64,000 nt of DNA from an uncultured Pelagibacteraceae bacterium (GTDB lineage Bacteria; Pseudomonadota; Alphaproteobacteria; Pelagibacterales; Pelagibacteraceae), in NCBI GenBank assembly GCA_902597215.1, contig CACJWU010000002.1:30275-94274 (forward strand), written 5' to 3'. The notes beneath the pieces were generated by a model, which saw only the letters and a list, made by a program, of their open reading frames with translations, was not told where the DNA came from and ran no database searches. The position numbers and the translations under genes are program-made. Shown here in pieces: positions 58,835-64,000 of this stretch; position 1 is the first letter of the stretch; each line of letters begins with the position of its first letter.

Positions 58835-59833
58835 ATGGAATATTTGGATATTATTTTTCAAGAAAGTTATAAAATTTTATTTTTATTAGTGCCTGTATTG
58901 GTATCAGTTGCAATGATCGTTTGGCTAGATCGTAGAGTTTGGGCTTTTGTTCAAAAAAGACAAGGTCCGAATGTAGTTGGTCCTTTTGGCTTACTGCAAT
59001 CTCTTGCGGATGCGCTTAAATATATTTTTAAAGAAATAATAATTCCAGCTAGCTCAAATAAAGTAATTTTTATTCTTGCACCAATAATAACAATGACATT
59101 AGCTTTAATAGCATGGGCTGTAATTCCTTTTGGTGCTCAACAAGTATTGGCGGATATAAATGTTGGTATTTTATATATTTTTGCTGTTTCCTCATTGGGA
59201 GTGTATGGAATTATTATGGGAGGATGGGCATCAAATTCTAAATATCCATTTTTAGGAGCAATTAGATCTGCTGCACAAATGGTATCTTATGAAGTGTCTA
59301 TTGGCATAATTATCATAAATGTTTTGTTATGTGTTGGATCATTAAACTTAAACGATATTGTAATAGCTCAAAAAGAATTATGGTTTGTAATTCCATTATT
59401 TCCAATGTTTGTTATTTTTTTTATATCTGCACTAGCCGAGACAAATAGGCCTCCATTTGATTTACCAGAGGCAGAGGCTGAACTAGTTGCTGGATATCAA
59501 ACAGAATATTCTGGAATGATGTACGCAATGTTTTGGTTAGGAGAATATGCAAATATATTATTAATGTGTGCTTTAGGTTCAATTTTATTTTTAGGAGGAT
59601 GGTTATCACCTGTAGATTTATATCCATTTAACTTGATACCTGGTGCTATTTGGCTGATCTTTAAAATTTTATTATTATTTATTTTGTTTGCTTTAGTTAA
59701 AGCAATAGTTCCAAGGTATAGATATGACCAACTAATGAGATTAGGTTGGAAAATATTTTTACCTTTATCTTTGATATATGTTGTTTTAACTGCGAGTTTT
59801 CTTTTTTATTTTAACCTATTACCAGTTATTTAA
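58835..59833 (+). CDS. nuoH: NADH-quinone oxidoreductase subunit H
   Basis: [33 protein letters not shown]. Confidence 0.98.
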   Translation: MEYLDIIFQESYKILFLLVPVLVSVAMIVWLDRRVWAFVQKRQGPNVVGPFGLLQSLADALKYIFKEIIIPASSNKVIFILAPIITMTLALIAWAVIPFGAQQVLADINVGILYIFAVSSLGVYGIIMGGWASNSKYPFLGAIRSAAQMVSYEVSIGIIIINVLLCVGSLNLNDIVIAQKELWFVIPLFPMFVIFFISALAETNRPPFDLPEAEAELVAGYQTEYSGMMYAMFWLGEYANILLMCALGSILFLGGWLSPVDLYPFNLIPGAIWLIFKILLLFILFALVKAIVPRYRYDQLMRLGWKIFLPLSLIYVVLTASFLFYFNLLPVI

Positions 59834-60319
59834 ATGAAAATTACAAGATTTTTTAAAACAATTTTTATGACAGATTTTGTAGGAGGATTGTTTATTGCTA
59901 TTAAAGAACTTTTTAAATCTAAAAAGACTATAAACTATCCCTTTGAGAAAGGTAAAATTAGTCCCAGGTATAGGGGTGAACATGCTTTGAGAAGGTATCC
60001 TAATGGGGAAGAAAGGTGTATTGCTTGTAAATTATGTGAAGCTGTATGTCCAGCTCAAGCAATAACAATCGAGTCAGCTGAAAGATCTGATGGAAGTAGA
60101 AAAACTACTCGCTACGACATTGATATGATGAAATGCATTTATTGTGGCTTATGTGAAGAATCATGCCCTGTAGATGCAATTGTTCAAGGACCAAATTTTG
60201 AATTTTCCACAGAAACTAGAGAGGAGCTGTATTATACAAAAGAAAAACTTCTTGATAATGGTGACAGATGGGAAAATGTTTTAGCTGCAAATATAAAAAG
60301 CGATAATCCTTATAGATAA
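59834..60319 (+). CDS. nuoI: NADH-quinone oxidoreductase subunit I
   Basis: [12 protein letters not shown] and [12 protein letters not shown]. Confidence 0.98.
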   Translation: MKITRFFKTIFMTDFVGGLFIAIKELFKSKKTINYPFEKGKISPRYRGEHALRRYPNGEERCIACKLCEAVCPAQAITIESAERSDGSRKTTRYDIDMMKCIYCGLCEESCPVDAIVQGPNFEFSTETREELYYTKEKLLDNGDRWENVLAANIKSDNPYR

Positions 60320-60327
60320 AGTCATTT

Positions 60328-60960
60328 ATGATAGCCCACGCAATTTTTTTTTATATATTCTCTATAATTGCAATAGTCTCTGCAATAATGGTGACTGCAT
60401 CAAAAAATACTGTGCATTCAGTTTTTTTTCTTATTTTAGATTTTATAAGCATATCTTGCTTATTTATTATGATCGGTGCAGAATTCTTAGGAATGATAAT
60501 GTTGATAGTTTATGTTGGTGCGGTAGCAGTGTTATTTTTGTTTGTAGTCATGATGTTAAATGTTGCTCAACAAAAAAATCAATGGTTTCTATCAAAATCA
60601 AGCTCAAGGCACATACCTATTGGTCTAATTATAAGTGCAATAATTTTTTTTGAATTGATAATTGTTGTTGGAGGATGGAAATATAAACCAGATTTATCTA
60701 ATTCCACAAATATATCTTTTAGTAATGATATAACCAACACACATTCATTAGGATTAGTCTTATACACTGACTATATTCATATTTTTCAAATAAGTGGAAT
60801 GATACTATTAATAGCTATGATAGGTGCAATTGTTTTAACATTTAGACAAAGAGAGGGAGTTAAAAAACAAAGTTACATAAAACAAATTTCTAGAGAAAGA
60901 TCAGAAGGTGTAGAAGTTTTAGAAGTACCATCAAACAGAGGAGTAAAAATAGATGACTGA
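60328..60960 (+). CDS. nuoJ: NADH-quinone oxidoreductase subunit J
   Basis: [17 protein letters not shown]. Confidence 0.97.
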   Translation: MIAHAIFFYIFSIIAIVSAIMVTASKNTVHSVFFLILDFISISCLFIMIGAEFLGMIMLIVYVGAVAVLFLFVVMMLNVAQQKNQWFLSKSSSRHIPIGLIISAIIFFELIIVVGGWKYKPDLSNSTNISFSNDITNTHSLGLVLYTDYIHIFQISGMILLIAMIGAIVLTFRQREGVKKQSYIKQISRERSEGVEVLEVPSNRGVKIDD

Positions 60961-61264
60961 AATTGGTTTAGGACATTATCTCACTTTGGGTGCTGTTATT
61001 TTTAGCATTGGTGTGATTGGTATTTTTTTAAACAGAAAAAATATAATCGTTATCTTAATGAGTATTGAACTTATATTATTAGCTGTAAACATAAATCTAG
61101 TTTCATTTTCAATTTATTTGAATGACCTATCTGGCCAGGTATTTACTCTTTTTATATTGACAGTAGCTGCTGCTGAAGCTGCAATTGGACTAGCAATCAT
61201 AGTTGTATATTATAGAAATTCAGGAACTATTCGAGTAGAGGAAATAGATAATTTAAAAGGATAA
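60953..61264 (+). CDS. nuoK: NADH-quinone oxidoreductase subunit K
   Basis: LMSIELIL and [12 protein letters not shown]. Confidence 0.98.
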   Translation: MTEIGLGHYLTLGAVIFSIGVIGIFLNRKNIIVILMSIELILLAVNINLVSFSIYLNDLSGQVFTLFILTVAAAEAAIGLAIIVVYYRNSGTIRVEEIDNLKG

Positions 61265-61265
61265 A

Positions 61266-63179
61266 ATGGAAATTTCAATAATTGCATTACCTTTGATAGC
61301 ATCAATTATCTCAGGTTTTTTTGGAAAATTTATTGGAGATAGAAATTCTGAAATTGTTACAAGTCTTTTAGTTTCAATATCAGCTATTTTTTCTTGTATT
61401 GTTTTATATGAGGTAGTGCAAAATCAATATGAAGAAAATATAATTATTGCTACTTGGATCAATTCAGGCTCTCTAGATGTTAATTGGTCGATGAAAATTG
61501 ACTCTTTGTCAGCAGTAATGTTAGTTGTTGTTACCTCTGTTTCAGCTCTAGTTCATATTTATTCAATTGGTTATATGTCTCAAGATCCACATAAACCGAG
61601 ATTTATGGCCTATTTATCTCTTTTTACTTTTGCGATGCTAATGTTGGTAACTTCAGATAATTTTATACAATTATTTTTTGGTTGGGAAGGAGTAGGGCTT
61701 TGTTCTTATTTTTTAATAGGGTTTTGGTTTAAAAAAGATACTGCTAATGCAGCAGCGATAAAAGCTTTTGTTGTTAATAGAGTCGGTGATTTTGGATTTG
61801 CTTTAGGTATATTTTTGATATTCTATTTATTCGGAACAGTAAACTATTCAGAGGTTTTTGAACAAATTCCAACAATAACTAATAAAAATCTTAATTTTTT
61901 AGGCATTGAAATTAATGCCATAGATTTAATTTGCTTGCTTTTATTTATTGGTGCAATGGGAAAATCAGCTCAAATTTTTCTTCATACTTGGTTACCAGAT
62001 GCTATGGAAGGCCCAACACCTGTTTCTGCATTAATTCACGCAGCAACAATGGTTACAGCGGGTGTTTTTTTAGTAGTGAGATGTTCACCAATCTATGAAT
62101 ATTCAGAATTAGCTTTAAACATTGTAACAATCGTTGGTATGAGTACCGCTTTTTTTGCTGCTACAGTGGCACTTGTTCAAACTGATATTAAAAAGATAAT
62201 AGCATATTCAACTTGTAGTCAATTAGGATATATGTTTTTTGCAACTGGAGTAGGAGCATACAATATTGCGATGTTTCATTTATTTACTCATGCTTTTTTT
62301 AAGGCACTATTATTTTTAGGCTCTGGTTCAGTTATTCATGCATTTAAAGATGAACAGAATATTAATAATATGGGGGGTGTTTGGAAAAAACTTCCATATA
62401 CATATTCTTTGATGGTAATTGGAACTTTAGCATTAACAGGTTTTCCATTTTTATCTGGCTTTTATTCAAAAGATGCAATTATAGAATTTGCATATCTAAG
62501 AGGAAATACTACTGGATACTATGCTGCGGGTGTTGGTATCTTGACTGCTTTCTTAACATCTATCTATTCATGGAGACTAATGTTTAAAACATTCCACGGA
62601 GAATATAATAATAAAGAAATTAAAATAGAAGAAACACATGAGTCACCAGCGGTGATGTTAATTCCTCTAATTTTTTTAGCCGTAGGTGCAATCTTTGCAG
62701 GTATCACATTTAAAGAATTATTTATCGGCAATGAAGGATTTAAATATTTTTGGAGTGACTCGATATTTTTTTTAAAACCTTTAAGCACAGAACATCCTCC
62801 ATTATGGTTTTTAATTTTAACTCCGACTTTAGTGATTATTTCTATTCCAATTTCATATTATTTGTTTTTAAAAAATAAAAACTTAACTAAACAAATTGTA
62901 AAAGTGAATCAACCTCTTTATCAATTTTTATTGAATAAATGGTATTTTGATGAACTTTATGCCAATGTATTTGTCAAACCGTCTAAAAGAATAGGTTTAT
63001 TTTTATGGAAATTTTTTGATCTTAAAATCATTGATGGTTTTGGTCCTGATGGTATTTCTGCATTGATAAAAAAATTTTCTATCAAGGCAAATAAATTTCA
63101 AAGCGGATTTATATACCAATATGCATTTATAATGCTTCTTGGTTTTTCAGCATTATTAACTTTCTTAATTGTAAAATGA
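61266..63179 (+). CDS. nuoL: NADH-quinone oxidoreductase subunit L
   Basis: GWEGVGLCSY, WLPDAMEGPTPVSALIHAATMV, HAFFKALLFL. Confidence 0.98.
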   Translation: MEISIIALPLIASIISGFFGKFIGDRNSEIVTSLLVSISAIFSCIVLYEVVQNQYEENIIIATWINSGSLDVNWSMKIDSLSAVMLVVVTSVSALVHIYSIGYMSQDPHKPRFMAYLSLFTFAMLMLVTSDNFIQLFFGWEGVGLCSYFLIGFWFKKDTANAAAIKAFVVNRVGDFGFALGIFLIFYLFGTVNYSEVFEQIPTITNKNLNFLGIEINAIDLICLLLFIGAMGKSAQIFLHTWLPDAMEGPTPVSALIHAATMVTAGVFLVVRCSPIYEYSELALNIVTIVGMSTAFFAATVALVQTDIKKIIAYSTCSQLGYMFFATGVGAYNIAMFHLFTHAFFKALLFLGSGSVIHAFKDEQNINNMGGVWKKLPYTYSLMVIGTLALTGFPFLSGFYSKDAIIEFAYLRGNTTGYYAAGVGILTAFLTSIYSWRLMFKTFHGEYNNKEIKIEETHESPAVMLIPLIFLAVGAIFAGITFKELFIGNEGFKYFWSDSIFFLKPLSTEHPPLWFLILTPTLVIISIPISYYLFLKNKNLTKQIVKVNQPLYQFLLNKWYFDELYANVFVKPSKRIGLFLWKFFDLKIIDGFGPDGISALIKKFSIKANKFQSGFIYQYAFIMLLGFSALLTFLIVK

Positions 63180-64000
63180 TAGACTTTCCTATTTTATCTT
63201 CTTTAATTTTATTACCATCTATAGGAGCTCTTTTTTTGTTTTTTAACAGAAGTAATAATGAAAATAATTTAACAGTAAAATATGTTGCCTTATTTACATC
63301 TCTTGTAAATTTTGTTTTATCTATTTATTTATGGATATCATTTGACCAAACAACCTCAGATTTTCAATTTGTAGAAGATAGAATATGGATCGAAAATTTT
63401 ATAAATTATAAAGTGGGTGTGGATGGAATTTCTATATTATTTTTAATATTAACAACATTTATAACTCCTCTTTGTATTATATCTATTAACAATTCTATAA
63501 AGAATAGACTTCGTGAATTTTTAATTGCGGTACTAATCATGGAGTCCTTTATGATTGGTGTATTTTGTTCTTTAGATCTTGTTGTTTTTTACTTATTCTT
63601 TGAAGCTGGTTTGATACCGATGTTTCTTATTATTGGTATTTGGGGAGGGTCTAGAAGAGTTTACTCGGCATTTAAATTTTTTTTGTATACTTTGTTAGGT
63701 TCAGTATTGATGTTGGTTGCGATAATCTCAATATACTGGATAACAGGAACGACTGACGTTACTAAGCTTTATGGTATAGGTATTGACGCTAAGTATCAAA
63801 ATTTACTTTGGTTAGCTTTCTTTAGTTCTTTTGCGGTCAAAACTCCAATGTGGCCAGTTCATACTTGGCTTCCAGATGCTCATGTCGAGGCGCCAACTGC
63901 AGGATCAGTATTATTAGCAGCAATTTTACTTAAGATGGCTGGATACGGTTTTATAAGATTTTCATTAGGTTTATTTCCAGTTGCTTCAGAAGCTTTTACC
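63176..64000 (+). CDS. nuoM: NADH-quinone oxidoreductase subunit M (partial, runs off the window)
   Basis: MIDFPILSSL..., VGVDGIS, FEAGLIPM, KTPMWPVHTWLPDAHVEAPTAGS; ATGA overlap with nuoL. Confidence 0.97.
   Translation, partial: MIDFPILSSLILLPSIGALFLFFNRSNNENNLTVKYVALFTSLVNFVLSIYLWISFDQTTSDFQFVEDRIWIENFINYKVGVDGISILFLILTTFITPLCIISINNSIKNRLREFLIAVLIMESFMIGVFCSLDLVVFYLFFEAGLIPMFLIIGIWGGSRRVYSAFKFFLYTLLGSVLMLVAIISIYWITGTTDVTKLYGIGIDAKYQNLLWLAFFSSFAVKTPMWPVHTWLPDAHVEAPTAGSVLLAAILLKMAGYGFIRFSLGLFPVASEAFT

Noticed and set aside
257-62788. Many 60-133 aa ORFs in the track that are antisense or out of frame within genes (e.g. 257-460, 8829-9197, 38617-39018, 56040-56453)
   Set aside because: They lie within or largely overlap well-supported genes and have no recognisable motifs, so they are shadow ORFs.
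1-64000. CRISPR arrays, IS elements, rRNA, known riboswitches, phase-variable homopolymers
   Set aside because: I saw no regularly spaced repeats, transposase motifs or recognisable riboswitch cores by eye. Poly-A/T runs are ubiquitous at this base composition and the affected frames are intact. A covariance-model search was not possible.

Overview
A 64-kb, very AT-rich, gene-dense bacterial chromosome segment with very short intergenic spacers. The gene content points to SAR11 / Candidatus Pelagibacter (inference). In order it carries: an ABC exporter; isocitrate lyase divergent from a RamB/ScfR-family regulator; rseP, HU, amt, bcp, two LPS-type genes, recX, cysQ, mnmA, metC and pabB/A/C-like genes; an organosulfur region (aprM, aprB, TauE, suyAB, xsc, an HpsO-like SDR, a GMC oxidoreductase with a TerC protein, and a TRAP transporter); tRNA-Leu, tig-clpP-clpX-lon; a two-gene AT-rich islet; tRNA-Val, tRNA-Asp; and nuoA-nuoM (nuoM runs off the end). 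I saw no CRISPR array, integrase, transposase or rRNA. Five observations stand out. (1) aprB is fused in frame to an unrelated domain and aprA is absent. (2) An unannotated 204-aa protein downstream of the RamB-like regulator carries the motif order and Ser/His dyad of malonyl-CoA decarboxylase in minimal form. (3) A duplicated TTTACAAA operator-like box lies between icl and that regulator. (4) About a dozen small ORFs are missing from the ORF track, including a 27-aa Lys/Arg peptide with its own SD. (5) The amt 3' region is unusually long and structured. All family assignments come from motif recognition, not database searches.
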